Assembly: GCA_018649885.1 (NCBI GenBank)
Contig: JABIHA010000058.1
Span: forward strand, 1-64,000
Reading direction: 5' to 3'
DNA: 64,000 nt
DNA from: Bacteriovoracaceae bacterium
GTDB lineage: Bacteria > Bdellovibrionota > Bacteriovoracia > Bacteriovoracales > Bacteriovoracaceae
Below the pieces are notes generated by a model, which was given only the letters and a program-made list of their open reading frames with translations, had not been told where the DNA came from and ran no database searches. Of the stretch, positions 1-10,258 are shown in pieces; the stretch's first letter is position 1, and every line of letters starts with the position of its first letter. Made by a program: the position numbers and the translations under genes.

Positions 1-238
1 AGCATCTGCCACCGCCGAAGCAATGGCCTCTGCCACTGCCGAGGCACAAGCATCCGCTACCGCCGAAGCACAAGCATCCGCCACTGCCGAAGCACAAGCA
101 TCTGCCACTGCACAGGCACAAGCATCTGCCACTGCACAAGCACAAGCTTCTGCCACAGCACAAGCAATGGCCTCAGCCACTGCACAAGCGCAAGCTTCCG
201 CCACTGCTCATGCCCAGGCCACATCAACGGCCATTGCA
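1..238 (+). repeat. 24-nt coding tandem repeat (~10 units) encoding ASATA(E/Q)AQ
   Basis: Units such as gcatctgccactgcacaagcacaa, varying mostly at third codon positions. Confidence 0.95.
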
Positions 239-2023
239 ATGACTTATGTTCAATCAACAACGCCTATAAGAAATGCAACAGATATTGATCCTAATACTGA
301 AGTCACAGTAGTATTCGAAACAGCTATGGACGAGACAACTATAAATGAGAACACTGTTTATATTGCCCCTAAGTATTCAACTAGAAGGATCCCTGCTGGC
401 TATATGTACGATGCTCCTACTAAAACGTTGACTATGTACCCTATGAGAAATCTAAATCCTAAATATGACTATGAAATTGTTGTTACAACAGCAGTGGAAA
501 ATTCACTTGATGTTCCCCAACCAGTAATTTACCGAGAAGGATTTAAGCAGATGGGTGGATTTATAAATGTCCACGGACTTGATACCGAAGGCCCTAGTAT
601 TACAATGAAAACCAAGTGCAGTACCAATGCAACTGGCCTTGGCTATAGTATTGATAACTCCGGAACGCTATCATGGGTCGACAGTGACTGTCTCGATGGC
701 ACGGCTTCATTTACACTTACCCTGCCCACTTCAGAGGTAGACTACGAATTAACCCTGACCGCAGGGGTTGGTGGAGGAAACACATCCTCTAAAACAGTGA
801 CAATTAAAAGATGTACTTTTGGCACTATAACTGAAGCGGGAAGTTTCGCTGGAGGAACTGGGACCGATATCGATCCTTACCTTATTAATACCCAAGCCCA
901 ATTAGCTAGGATGAATAGTTTTAAAACATCTTCATTTAAGTTGACCAGTGGCATACCTCTGTCATGTAAAGAATGGACCCCTATAGGTACATCGGGTTCA
1001 AAATTCCAGGGTAGTTTTGACGGTAACGGTTATGCAATTAAAAGATTGAATGTGACCTCGACAGGGTCTTATAAAGGCCTTTTTGGATATGTTGATGATG
1101 GGTCAAAAGGTAAGTTTAAAAATATAAAGATATATAGTGCTAATCTAGAAGTAGATAACAATTATGTAGGTCTGCTTGCTGGCTATGCAACGGATGTCGT
1201 CAACTTAGATAATGTACATGTTAGTGGCCGAATTAACGCCTCAGGCTCGATTTATGTCGGAGGAATTTTTGGTTATATCAATAATAGTGTCATTAACACC
1301 CTGGCCTACCTAGACAACTCATCTATGGTAGATATTTATTCCTCAACGACTTCAACCTCTAGTCATATGGGCGGCCTTCATGGTTATGGCCTTCGAACCA
1401 AATATCTAAGTTCTTCGGCCCATGGAAATCTTGCCAACCTTGGAGCTAGACTTGGTGGAGCCTTTGGTTTCTGTGACTATTGCGACTTGCAAAAATGTCA
1501 CGCTACAGGAAACTTAACTGGCGATCAATATGTCGGCGGTTTTGGTGCAGATATTGGTGAGTCCGTAATCAATCAATGTTTTGCTACAGGAAAGATCAAT
1601 ATTCAAGGAGCCGAAGCAGGCATAAACTCTGGAGGGTTTGGCGCCTACTTGTGTAGCAGTAACGCTATTACCGATTCATATGCTACTGGAGATATGAGTG
1701 GTGGCTCCCACAACTACCGAGGTAGTTTTGGCGGGGCGATCTGTATGTCCACAACTGTTAATAGGGTTTATGGTCAAGGTGAGAGACTCGCAAACGGTAC
1801 TTTCCAACCATTTTCAAATGGCATTAGTGGCGGCGCCAACAATTACTATTACACAGACGAGGGTTGTGGTGCGTCTTCTCCTGGATGTTCAGGAAATGGA
1901 GGGACTGGCTACAATACCAATATGATGCAAAAATCTAGTAGCTATAATACTTGGGACTTTAACAATGTCTGGCAAATAGAAGAAGATGCTAGTTTTCCTT
2001 ATCTTAAATGGGAGAAAGAGTAA
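1..2023 (+). CDS. Surface/secreted protein, 5'-truncated by the window: Ala-rich octapeptide repeats, SbsA/Big_5-type Ig domain, GLUG-repeat beta-helix-like C-terminus
   Basis: Frame is open before the ATG at 23. VQSTTP..ATDIDPNTEVTVVFETAMDETTIN is Big_5-like; FAGGTGTDIDPYLI, WTPIG..FQGSFDGNGY, YVGGIFG and the terminal WDFNNVW..FPYL are typical of GLUG-motif proteins. Confidence 0.75.
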   Translation, partial: ASATAEAMASATAEAQASATAEAQASATAEAQASATAQAQASATAQAQASATAQAMASATAQAQASATAHAQATSTAIAMTYVQSTTPIRNATDIDPNTEVTVVFETAMDETTINENTVYIAPKYSTRRIPAGYMYDAPTKTLTMYPMRNLNPKYDYEIVVTTAVENSLDVPQPVIYREGFKQMGGFINVHGLDTEGPSITMKTKCSTNATGLGYSIDNSGTLSWVDSDCLDGTASFTLTLPTSEVDYELTLTAGVGGGNTSSKTVTIKRCTFGTITEAGSFAGGTGTDIDPYLINTQAQLARMNSFKTSSFKLTSGIPLSCKEWTPIGTSGSKFQGSFDGNGYAIKRLNVTSTGSYKGLFGYVDDGSKGKFKNIKIYSANLEVDNNYVGLLAGYATDVVNLDNVHVSGRINASGSIYVGGIFGYINNSVINTLAYLDNSSMVDIYSSTTSTSSHMGGLHGYGLRTKYLSSSAHGNLANLGARLGGAFGFCDYCDLQKCHATGNLTGDQYVGGFGADIGESVINQCFATGKINIQGAEAGINSGGFGAYLCSSNAITDSYATGDMSGGSHNYRGSFGGAICMSTTVNRVYGQGERLANGTFQPFSNGISGGANNYYYTDEGCGASSPGCSGNGGTGYNTNMMQKSSSYNTWDFNNVWQIEEDASFPYLKWEKE

Positions 2024-2090
2024 TAGCTAATTGCTAAGCTCAATAAAAGTACAAATTTCTGTAAAATTCATTGAGAACAAAAAGGAAAGA

Positions 2091-2288
2091 TTATTCTTCG
2101 GAGTTAAGCTTCTCTATTTCTTCGATAAAGTCTTCGTCACTAATTTTTGATAATTCTAGGTAGTGTTCAAGCTCTTCTTTTTTATCTGTGGTGGCAACTA
2201 ACTCTTTGAGAGCATGTCTGGCCTCTTTGATATTCATCCGACCTTTTAAAATTTCCATACACATAATACACATATCGATATCTCCCAA
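2091..2288 (-). CDS. Small hypothetical protein
   Basis: 65-aa ORF with CxxC (MCIMC) and an acidic helical composition. Confidence 0.55.
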   Translation of the reverse strand: MGDIDMCIMCMEILKGRMNIKEARHALKELVATTDKKEELEHYLELSKISDEDFIEEIEKLNSEE

Positions 2289-2338
2289 AAGACCCTATTA
2301 TTGTAACACAGATCACAAATTTTGATGTATGCCCCTAA

Positions 2339-2665
2339 CTAAACAAAATTTACCCGGGTGATTTGGCCAATACTGCTCTTCATAGCCTCCATTCCCCTAT
2401 CGTACTCTAGTTTTTTTACTGCCAATTGATGCTTTTTAGTGGGTAAGTGGGCATTATTCGTGACCTGCTTATCGTAAATATTGGCCATAGACACAATTTG
2501 GGCCCAGGGAGATATTTCATCAAACCCTAGTTTTTTGGGAAATCCCCCGCCATTATGGTTTTCGTGATGCTGCTCAATTATCTCTATTACTTTAGTGTGA
2601 ATATTTGTCATCTTTCGAACTAGATCGCCCCCTAGGGTTGGGTGTGATTTTACACTTTTAATTGG
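2339..2665 (-). pseudogene. C-terminal fragment of an HD-GYP domain protein
   Basis: Frame reads ..KSHPTLGGDLVRKMTNIH..IIEQHHENHNGGGFP..ISPWAQIVSMANIYD. The N-terminal HD part is missing and the frame begins right after the stop of the upstream ORF. Confidence 0.75.
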
Positions 2666-3154
2666 TTAGTCACATTTGCGCTTAACAATTGTTTTGCCAA
2701 GCACAGTTGTGCCAGCACCAACTTTTTCACCCTTACCTAAAATGGCCAAATCGCCACTAACGGAAGACAGGTGGCTTTTGCAATGAGTATTAATTGTGGT
2801 CTTTCCAAGAACGTTTACCTTGCCTTTAAAACAATACCATCCATTGGGATTAGTTAGATTGTAAGTCGTTGCAGAGAGTACACTAACGGACGCTCTGACA
2901 AATACCAAAGAAGGAGCAGCTGTCGCCTTAGTGTCTGAAATATCTTTGCCGATACCAAAAACTTTGACAGCTGGGGAAAACACTTTAAATTTTGTTTGGT
3001 CGTTAAAAGGATGTTTTCCCCAGTTGGACATACATTTTTTTACTTAGGGCCAATATTGAGAGTACTTGTCGTGAAGAGCAGTAGCAGATGCATCACTCAT
3101 CAATATAAATGAATAGCACATCGTAGTAAAACTAGTAATAAGCACTCTTCTCAT
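2666..3154 (-). pseudogene. Secreted hypothetical protein interrupted by an in-frame TAA at 3044-3046
   Basis: GGAG RBS and ATG at 3154 give the signal-peptide-like MRRVLITSFTTMCYSFILMSDASA..QYWP*VKKC, in frame with the 2666..3031 ORF. Confidence 0.75.
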
Positions 3155-3182
3155 AAATAACTCCGTTGTATCTAAAACCTAT

Positions 3183-3605
3183 CTATTTCTTCTTTTTCTG
3201 TGAACGATCATAAAATATATGCTTAACAGCTTGGCCAAATGCCTCTACTCGTACTGGTTTCTTGGCCTTTTCTATTGGGTCTCTTTGCTGTACTTTTTTA
3301 TAGGTTTTATTTGTTCCAGGGCAAGCTTTCACTACCCCACCACGGCATGATTTTTCCAGTAGCTGTGCTACATACCACCTATCTTCATAGTTTTTGAAAA
3401 AGCCAGCTAGTTCATAGCAAGCCTTCATTTGACCTTTATCACAAGCTGCCTGAAAATAGGATTTAGCATTTCGGACATCTTTTTTGGCAGCAGCTTTTTT
3501 ACCGTGAGCAAAAAGTTCATCACCACTTAAATCACTGTTTATTATCTCAGAGTGTGAACACGAGATTAAACAAAAAATTAATAAAATGGTATTGAGAATT
3601 TTCAT
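3183..3605 (-). CDS. Sel1-like repeat lipoprotein
   Basis: Lipobox LISC; YFQAACDKGQMKACYELA and LEKSCRGGVVKAC are Sel1/Hcp-like repeats. Confidence 0.7.
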   Translation of the reverse strand: MKILNTILLIFCLISCSHSEIINSDLSGDELFAHGKKAAAKKDVRNAKSYFQAACDKGQMKACYELAGFFKNYEDRWYVAQLLEKSCRGGVVKACPGTNKTYKKVQQRDPIEKAKKPVRVEAFGQAVKHIFYDRSQKKKK

Positions 3606-3737
3606 AGTATTAGATTGTATTAAAAATCACAGCATAAGGAAATGAACTTTAACTGGACGTCACTCGCTGGGTATCCCACTAACCGAGCGCCAAGGTCAAG
3701 CTTTAAAGAATAACCCCTACTATTTCGATCAGTCAGG

Positions 3738-5057
3738 GTGGTAAAGCAACTTTTTTTAGTCATATTCTTTTTAGTTTTCTGGTCTGTGAATGTCTATTCA
3801 CAGGAAGTGGAAATTATTCACGATTTTGTGACAAATGCACAAGGCATTCGAATCCCTATTACCATTTACAAATGTAACTCTCCTGGAACCTCGCTAGCTG
3901 ATCCAATCTTTGCCGTTCCAGGAACTACGGCCGTTATGTGGACATTTCAAAAATTAAAGCGAGCTGCTTGCAATAGCAAAAGTCGCTATGCCTTTTCCAT
4001 GAACACCACAGGCCATGGCTCGGGAGAGATGATGGCCGTTGACCCAGAGGATGCAAGGCGTGGAGTTACTGATGGGCAATTAACCTCAACAGGTCACAGA
4101 AAATATGGCATGCACACCATTGGACAAGATGATCTCAGTGCTGCTGTTCCGTATATAAGCGAAAAATACTTAAAAGGCGGAAAAGTCCAGCTAGTTGGCC
4201 ACTCTCTCGGCGCTCGAACCATAGTCGTTTGGGGGGGAGGGATAGAAAAACTACCTAACGGAGAATTCAGGGCCAATCCTGAACTTGCTCGTTTAAGAAA
4301 TCAATATGTCAGCGCCTATATTCCAATGGGAATGTGGGACCCCGCATACGCTCCCAAACGCATGAAGGCAGCCGCTATAGCAGCTCTTCCACTACTAGAA
4401 AAAGAGGAACTCTGGGGACTGCGATTGGTAAGTGAACAATCCGCAACTGAGATAGTAAGGAGTAATAGACCGCTTACTAAAAGTGAGCTCATAATGCGAG
4501 AGTTTCTTGGGCAACTTGGTGCCCAGCTCTTTCCCAAATCAATTGCTGATTTTAGAGGTATGAGAGGTGTAGCAGTAATTGAATTTGGAGAAAAAGGTGC
4601 CGGAACCAGACTTCATCCAGATATAATAAAAGATTTTATTGAAATGTTCGCCTACGCTGACGAAAGCTCCGAAGTCCTGCATGAGGCACTAAAAGTATTG
4701 GCCCAACAAGGTAAACCTATAATGTTCATAAGTAGTACAGGTGACGGAGTAACTCCAGGAGCACATGCTCAACACTTAGCTGATGTCATAACCAGCGAAA
4801 ATCCAAATACAACCGCCAAAGTTGTACTGCTCAAAGGTCGAGGACATCTAAACCTCTATATAGATGATGATTTGATTGAACCACTGGCCAGAGTCTTAGA
4901 AGAGTTTGCAAGAGATCCTGAGGGGTTTGATATTCATAAAGCATTTGAGGGTATTGAGCTAGTAGACCCAGCAAGTGAACCTCTTCGGGCCAGATCACAA
5001 ACGGCCATGGCAAGGCTTATAAAGTGCTATTTAAGAATGAAGCGAAGAGGAAAATAA
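3738..5057 (+). CDS. Secreted alpha/beta-fold hydrolase
   Basis: Signal peptide, GHG.S motif, nucleophile elbow GHSLG, later Asp (GDGVTP) and His (GRGHL). Confidence 0.75.
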   Translation: MVKQLFLVIFFLVFWSVNVYSQEVEIIHDFVTNAQGIRIPITIYKCNSPGTSLADPIFAVPGTTAVMWTFQKLKRAACNSKSRYAFSMNTTGHGSGEMMAVDPEDARRGVTDGQLTSTGHRKYGMHTIGQDDLSAAVPYISEKYLKGGKVQLVGHSLGARTIVVWGGGIEKLPNGEFRANPELARLRNQYVSAYIPMGMWDPAYAPKRMKAAAIAALPLLEKEELWGLRLVSEQSATEIVRSNRPLTKSELIMREFLGQLGAQLFPKSIADFRGMRGVAVIEFGEKGAGTRLHPDIIKDFIEMFAYADESSEVLHEALKVLAQQGKPIMFISSTGDGVTPGAHAQHLADVITSENPNTTAKVVLLKGRGHLNLYIDDDLIEPLARVLEEFARDPEGFDIHKAFEGIELVDPASEPLRARSQTAMARLIKCYLRMKRRGK

Positions 5058-5060
5058 ATT

Positions 5061-5444
5061 CTAGCTAATTAAAATGACCTGTTCCTGACGATTCCAAACA
5101 AGATACTTTGATAAGTCCTCTCCATAAGCCAGCCCATTACTCATTCTTTGAAGGTAGAGATCAACTTCTTCATTTGAAGGATCATTTCCCTCTTTTCCAC
5201 TCAAGGAGGAGACGAATATAAAATTCCAGCTCTTGGTCAAACCATCAGCCTCATCAACAAGGGCACTAAAATCAGTCAGCTCTTCAGGGCGCTTATCCAC
5301 ACACATCACAGGGTCAATAGTTCCACTGTGATGACTATTTTTTGAGTTATCAAGCATATCTGTAGACTTGGCAAAGAGAAATAAGAGCCTTTGGCGCTGA
5401 GGCATATTTTTAGCTTTTTCTAAAAGCTCATTAAATTGAGACAT
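5061..5444 (-). CDS. Conserved hypothetical protein (QRLLFLF..PVMCVDK.PEEL type)
   Basis: 127-aa ORF with an AAGG RBS; function not assignable. Confidence 0.7.
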   Translation of the reverse strand: MSQFNELLEKAKNMPQRQRLLFLFAKSTDMLDNSKNSHHSGTIDPVMCVDKRPEELTDFSALVDEADGLTKSWNFIFVSSLSGKEGNDPSNEEVDLYLQRMSNGLAYGEDLSKYLVWNRQEQVILIS

Positions 5445-5537
5445 GATCTAATCCTTTTTTCTATTTTTAACATAAAACCTCTGGATTCGACAAAAATATA
5501 GTGATTGATTGGCAAGCTGTGCAGTGCAGATAAATTA

Positions 5538-6995
5538 TCAAGATGAGATTCTTTCATCCCTTACAACTCGAAATATTGTTTTATTTTGATAGAGAGCTTT
5601 AACGATCAAGCCTGTCTCACTCCATGTACTGATCAATTTGTAGGCGCTACTTTTTTTAATATGATAAAAACTCATTAATTCAGATAATTCAAAACTATCC
5701 AAGTCATTCAAGAAAAGTGGAACACTGTCACTTTCGTCCCAGCTAACAAAAATTTTGTTTTGCTCTTTCTCACACATCTTAACCCATTCGCCTTGCGCTT
5801 CAATTTTTATTCCCAGTTTAGACTCAACTCTTTTAAATAGTTTCCGGAGACGATCGCCGTGAAGGAAATGTCCGCAAATATCATCACTCCATAAAAGCTC
5901 AAAAAGCCTAACCTTTGAAATTCCTAGCACTCCGGCCCTTCTTATGTAGCTCAGAAGTTCTACCTCCTTAGGAAGAAAATGAGATGGGACTCCCCGCTCT
6001 ATAAATTCACCCTTTGCTAGATATATTGAAATCTCACATTGATCTGGGTTTCCAATGGACATCAGACTTTTTAAATTTCTAAAGTGGTAGTTGTAAAAAT
6101 CTGTACTCGGATAACAATCAACTGCACTAATCAATTTTTTATCAAAAATATATTCTTTTCTAAGAAAGTCTAATATGAAAATAAATGATTCAACTCTAGA
6201 GAACCCATTTTCCAGCTGCCTAAACTCTAATTCAAGATACTCCTCCATCTCATTTTCACTTTGATCAAAAATGCCTAGTTTTAGCTTTGTGTATAAGTAA
6301 AATCCAGTAAACATAGCAGTCTTTAAAAACTTTTTACCTAAAGTACTTTTAGCTTGGCGCTGACTTTCAAAATATGTAAGTCCCTTTTGAAAATCCCCTT
6401 TCATGGACTCATTAAGGCCTCGCCAAAAATTGATTTTTGATTTGGCAATTTCATCATCAAATCCAGCAAGAATTTCAATATATTCGCAGGCCTTGGAGTG
6501 TTCTCCTAAGTAAATATGCCCAAGTATGATGTTGTGGAAGCAAACTCTTCTTTTTTTATAGGACTCACAACTCAAGTCTCCCAATGCCTTTTTATAAAGC
6601 TCTATCCCCTTCTCAAAATATCCATTGGTAAAATAAACGCCTCCCAAGTAATGAAACTCACTAGGCCTTGAAATACTTGCCCCTTCTAAAAGTCTCACAG
6701 CGAAGCTTCCCGCTCCTCTCATATTTAGCAAAACAGATGCATAGAATGCACGTTGCCCAAGAGAGAACGAAGTATCAATCTCACCTGATGGAAATTTATG
6801 GATGTCGAGGACTTTCAATCCCTGTTTGATATTTTTTGTTCGTTTATGCCAATTAAAAAGTCTCTCAATGTCTTCAAAAGAATCGGTATAGTGATCTTTT
6901 ATAAATTGTTTAATCAAATTCACAGGATCTTCAAAGGTATCGATACGACTTTCAATTTCCTCAATAGAATCTGTTTTAACTTTCTTTTTACTCAT
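5538..6995 (-). CDS. TPR-repeat protein with a possible C-terminal winged-helix DNA-binding region
   Basis: TPR-like LGGVYFTNGYFEKGIELYKKAL; C-terminal ISKVRLFELLW..LRKLFKRV resembles an OmpR-type wHTH; start placed at MSKKK. Confidence 0.6.
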   Translation of the reverse strand: MSKKKVKTDSIEEIESRIDTFEDPVNLIKQFIKDHYTDSFEDIERLFNWHKRTKNIKQGLKVLDIHKFPSGEIDTSFSLGQRAFYASVLLNMRGAGSFAVRLLEGASISRPSEFHYLGGVYFTNGYFEKGIELYKKALGDLSCESYKKRRVCFHNIILGHIYLGEHSKACEYIEILAGFDDEIAKSKINFWRGLNESMKGDFQKGLTYFESQRQAKSTLGKKFLKTAMFTGFYLYTKLKLGIFDQSENEMEEYLELEFRQLENGFSRVESFIFILDFLRKEYIFDKKLISAVDCYPSTDFYNYHFRNLKSLMSIGNPDQCEISIYLAKGEFIERGVPSHFLPKEVELLSYIRRAGVLGISKVRLFELLWSDDICGHFLHGDRLRKLFKRVESKLGIKIEAQGEWVKMCEKEQNKIFVSWDESDSVPLFLNDLDSFELSELMSFYHIKKSSAYKLISTWSETGLIVKALYQNKTIFRVVRDERISS

Positions 6996-7162
6996 AATAA
7001 GGTATCGGAGTTGGCCATAAATGCTAAACATGAAAGCTCGTGTAATGGCCCTATCACTTCATTAAATTTATTTAATAGTAAGTCTTCTTGCCACCATGCA
7101 ACTCAGCGGATATATCAAACCCGGGATGTCTTTAATAAAAAGAACAAAATTCGGAGAAATTT

Positions 7163-7525
7163 ATGAAAATGTTAGTTTTACTTCTATCACTATCAGCAGT
7201 CAGCTTAGCAGCTGCGTCAACTGACTTTAGCGCCTTTTCAGTTGGTGACAAACTCTATGTGACAGTTTTGGGTGACTCTTGCAATAGTATCAGGCCATCA
7301 CTTCTTGTGGCAGAGAACTGCAAAGATGACAGAGTGATGAAAAATTTGGCCTATAGATGCACAGTCAAATTTAGTTACGCTTCAACGAAAATGTACTGCA
7401 ATGACAAAGAGCCTGTGCCCAGAGTAATGAGCTTAAGTCTGAGTCAAAGCAATGTTGCGAAAGAGGCGAAGCTTCTCTACCTTGAGTTCAACGCTCAACA
7501 TATCAAAGTTCAATTAGATCAATAG
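7163..7525 (+). CDS. Secreted Cys-containing hypothetical protein
   Basis: GGAG RBS, signal peptide, 4 Cys (DSCN, TKMYC). Confidence 0.75.
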   Translation: MKMLVLLLSLSAVSLAAASTDFSAFSVGDKLYVTVLGDSCNSIRPSLLVAENCKDDRVMKNLAYRCTVKFSYASTKMYCNDKEPVPRVMSLSLSQSNVAKEAKLLYLEFNAQHIKVQLDQ

Positions 7526-7536
7526 TTTTTTTCTGG

Positions 7537-7557
7537 AAGGCCCAACCATTGGGCCTT
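7537..7557. terminator. Putative bidirectional intrinsic terminator hairpin
   Basis: AAGGCCCAA-cca-TTGGGCCTT between two convergent genes. Confidence 0.6.
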
Positions 7558-7560
7558 TAC

Positions 7561-8394
7561 TTAAAATTCAAATAAGAGCCTATCCTTAGGTAACAATACC
7601 TCGACGGTTTGCTTTGTATAGGGATCAACAAACTCGAGAAGATAGGAAACAAGTTGTAATCCTTCTCGGTTCTTATTATTTTCACCATATTTAGGATCCC
7701 CTATTACAGGATAACCTGCATGAGAAAAATGGATTCTGACTTGATTTTTCCTCTCAGTAGCAAGGCTTAGGTCCATATAGCTTTCCCCAAAATGAGTTTT
7801 TACACATTGATAGCGAGTTAAGGAAAACTTGTCATTTATAGGAAGATTGAACTCTGCGCTGCCTTCGATTTCACCTAGAACGATGGCCTGATATTTCTTA
7901 GTCACATCTTGGCGCCACATTGATTGAAGTAAGTTTTGAGTTTTGGAGTCATAAGCTATGACCACAAGTCCTTCCACTTCTTTATCTAAACGATTGACCA
8001 TGTGGGCGAATCTCTTATTTTTTTCAACAAAACGAAGTAGACTTACCCCGTCCCCATAGTTTGAACCTTCACTCATGGCCCCAGCTGGTTTGTGATAAAC
8101 ACCGTAGTGCTTTGTTTGATGGAGTGCTTTAAATTCATAGCTTTGATTTAAATCGATCTTGGGATCAAAATAGCATTCAAGCTGGTCACCACCCCTAAGA
8201 GTCATCTTTGCTTTTCTGACCCGTTTTCTAACATTTTTGTAGGTTTGAAAAACAGCGCCAAACATCATCAATTTTTTGATGAGCGATTTTGAAAGGCCCG
8301 AATTTTCGGCCAGAACATCGACTATAAGTCTGCCATTATCAGCGGGTTTGACGGTTAGTTTGATGATTTGTGCTTTCTGAATCTCGTTTTCCAT
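7561..8394 (-). CDS. RluA/RluD-family pseudouridine synthase
   Basis: S4-like N-terminus, HKPAG, catalytic NRLDKEVEGL, KKYQAIV, RKNQVRIH, GYPVIGDPKYG. Confidence 0.9.
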   Translation of the reverse strand: MENEIQKAQIIKLTVKPADNGRLIVDVLAENSGLSKSLIKKLMMFGAVFQTYKNVRKRVRKAKMTLRGGDQLECYFDPKIDLNQSYEFKALHQTKHYGVYHKPAGAMSEGSNYGDGVSLLRFVEKNKRFAHMVNRLDKEVEGLVVIAYDSKTQNLLQSMWRQDVTKKYQAIVLGEIEGSAEFNLPINDKFSLTRYQCVKTHFGESYMDLSLATERKNQVRIHFSHAGYPVIGDPKYGENNKNREGLQLVSYLLEFVDPYTKQTVEVLLPKDRLLFEF

Positions 8395-8596
8395 GGATTT
8401 CTTCTAGTTCACTTTCCTCAATAAGAAAAGCTGGCCATAAACTTTTCCTCTCGCCCCAGGATCTGGGGTGAAATCATCTGATTTCAAATAGATAGTACCT
8501 AATCTTTTAAAGAATATATTATAGAAGACTTGCTAAATGTGCTAAGTCTATGGTCAATAGGTTTAAATAGATTGCGAACTCCCTTAGGGCCTACTT

Positions 8597-9097
8597 ATGC
8601 AAGAAGTAATTGATGATATTGTAGAAAAAAGCTTCACTCAGAAAAAAGAGTTATTTTCGAAGCTTTTGAGTAAATGTATCTACAAAAGTAAAAGTTTCGC
8701 TACTGTCGATGAGTTTAGATTTGAAAGTGTAATATTCAGTGTCGACAAATTATTTAAGGGTTTTTCACCTTTTATCAATGAGCTAGGTAAAGATACAAAA
8801 TATGAGTCTGGAGTGGCCGCCCTCAGTACCATCCTAGAAGAGCTGGATATAGAAGTAGATAAAAATGAGTGCTTCATGCTTTTCCACATGAGAGATCTTG
8901 GAAAATTTAGGATAAATGAGGCAAAACTTCACCATGAGCTGAAGACACTTTGGAAGAAATATCCTCACTACTACCTTGAAGATATTGAGTTTTCCTACTC
9001 GCTTAAAAATTTAATGAGAAAAAAATTAATCAACTACCGCAGAGGAAGTGTTTACCTTAACCCCTCTGTTCTAATCCACTACCGCAAAGAACATTAA
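8597..9097 (+). CDS. Hypothetical protein
   Basis: 166-aa ORF with no recognised motif. Confidence 0.7.
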   Translation: MQEVIDDIVEKSFTQKKELFSKLLSKCIYKSKSFATVDEFRFESVIFSVDKLFKGFSPFINELGKDTKYESGVAALSTILEELDIEVDKNECFMLFHMRDLGKFRINEAKLHHELKTLWKKYPHYYLEDIEFSYSLKNLMRKKLINYRRGSVYLNPSVLIHYRKEH

Positions 9098-9178
9098 GTC
9101 AGACAATTTACATTAAACCCGCTTGCAAATGACTTTTCGCCTTGTTAGGAAATATTTAAACTAACTAGGAGTCAAATA

Positions 9179-9688
9179 ATGGAAAATACAGCCAACGAGA
9201 ACGCCAAAACTTGGGGACAAAAATGAGTCGAATTTGCCGTCAATGCAAAAACCGAGAAAGATTGGGACAAGTGGGAAACTGGAAAAAATGAGTTTGCTTT
9301 TGAATTCGGCAGTTGCTGGAACCAAACAATAGAATATAAAGTAAATGATTTTGAAGCAGAAGTTGGTTTTTTTATCGATGTACTAGGATTTGATTGCAAT
9401 AGTATCTCTGAAGACTATGCCATGTTAATGGGACCAAAAAAAGAATGTTTCTTTTCTGTCAGAAAACCTAAAGAAAATGAAAGTGCCACTCCTGCCGATG
9501 CCATAACAATAGAGTTTATGCTAGCTGATATTTTTGAGACCGCAAAAAAGCTTAGTGACAGAGGAATTGAGCTTACAAAAGAAGTATCAATGGATGTTCC
9601 AGACTATCCTCTTTACGATGCAAAATTTCAAACACCTAATGGTTTAAGTGTGAGAGTTTGGTGTTTCGATCCGAAAAGTAAACAATAG
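9179..9688 (+). pseudogene. VOC/glyoxalase-family protein with an in-frame TGA at 9224-9226
   Basis: AGGAG RBS and ATG at 9179: MENTANENAKTWGQK*VEFAV..YKVNDFEAEVGFFIDVLGF..IEFMLADIFETAKKLSDRGI..FQTPNG, all in one frame. Confidence 0.75.
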
Positions 9689-9744
9689 TTGAGTCGCAGT
9701 AGCGTAGGCCCATTTCGAGAACAATACTGGGAAGACCACTCTAA

Positions 9745-10059
9745 TTATTTTTCTTAGGTGGTTTTGCGCTTCCTATGTTTTTTATTTTAAAGTTATTGAT
9801 AGGCCAAAATATTGGAGAACTTTTTTTTATTAGCGCGACCTCTTATTACTTATTTTATGAATGGCCTCATTTTTATTATCATTTAAAGTCAAAGAGCTTT
9901 CTCGATTCAATAAACTGGCTCTATTTTTTAAAAAAATACCACACCCTCCATCACCAAAAGACAAAAATGAATAGTTGGAATTTTAATTTAACAATTCCTG
10001 TTATGGACTACCTTTTAAAAACAAAATGGAAACCACCTGAAATACATAAGAAAAATTAA
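9745..10059 (+). pseudogene. C-terminal half of a fatty-acid hydroxylase/sterol desaturase family gene
   Basis: His boxes YEWPHFYYH and YHTLHH, then NFNLTIPVMDYLLKT. The N-terminal His boxes are absent and there is a stop just upstream. Confidence 0.7.
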
Positions 10060-10258
10060 GGATTGATCAATTGCAGCACCCAACTGTCTCTTCAACTACA
10101 CCTTTTGTCCTATTAATCTAAACCTTTTGTCTGATTAAGCTCATAAATCTTCTAAATTATCGTCCTATAATTTAATTGAGTTAGAAAATAAATTAGAGAG
10201 AGAATGGGTTCGATAATGAGATTGACCCCAGATGCAAACGATAAAACTGGAGCCTGTT

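Noticed and set aside
6798..7166. 122-aa plus-strand ORF
   Set aside because: Mostly antisense to the TPR gene, with no motif; treated as a shadow ORF like the other short overlapping ORFs in the track
8452..8470. Short hairpin CCCCAG-gat-CTGGGG upstream of the RluA-family gene
   Set aside because: Too short and single-copy to assign a function
9224..9226. Selenocysteine or alternative-code reading of the in-frame TGA
   Set aside because: The context suggests Trp (WGQK*VEF), no SECIS-like hairpin is evident, SelO here ends in Cys, and other disrupted genes have TAA
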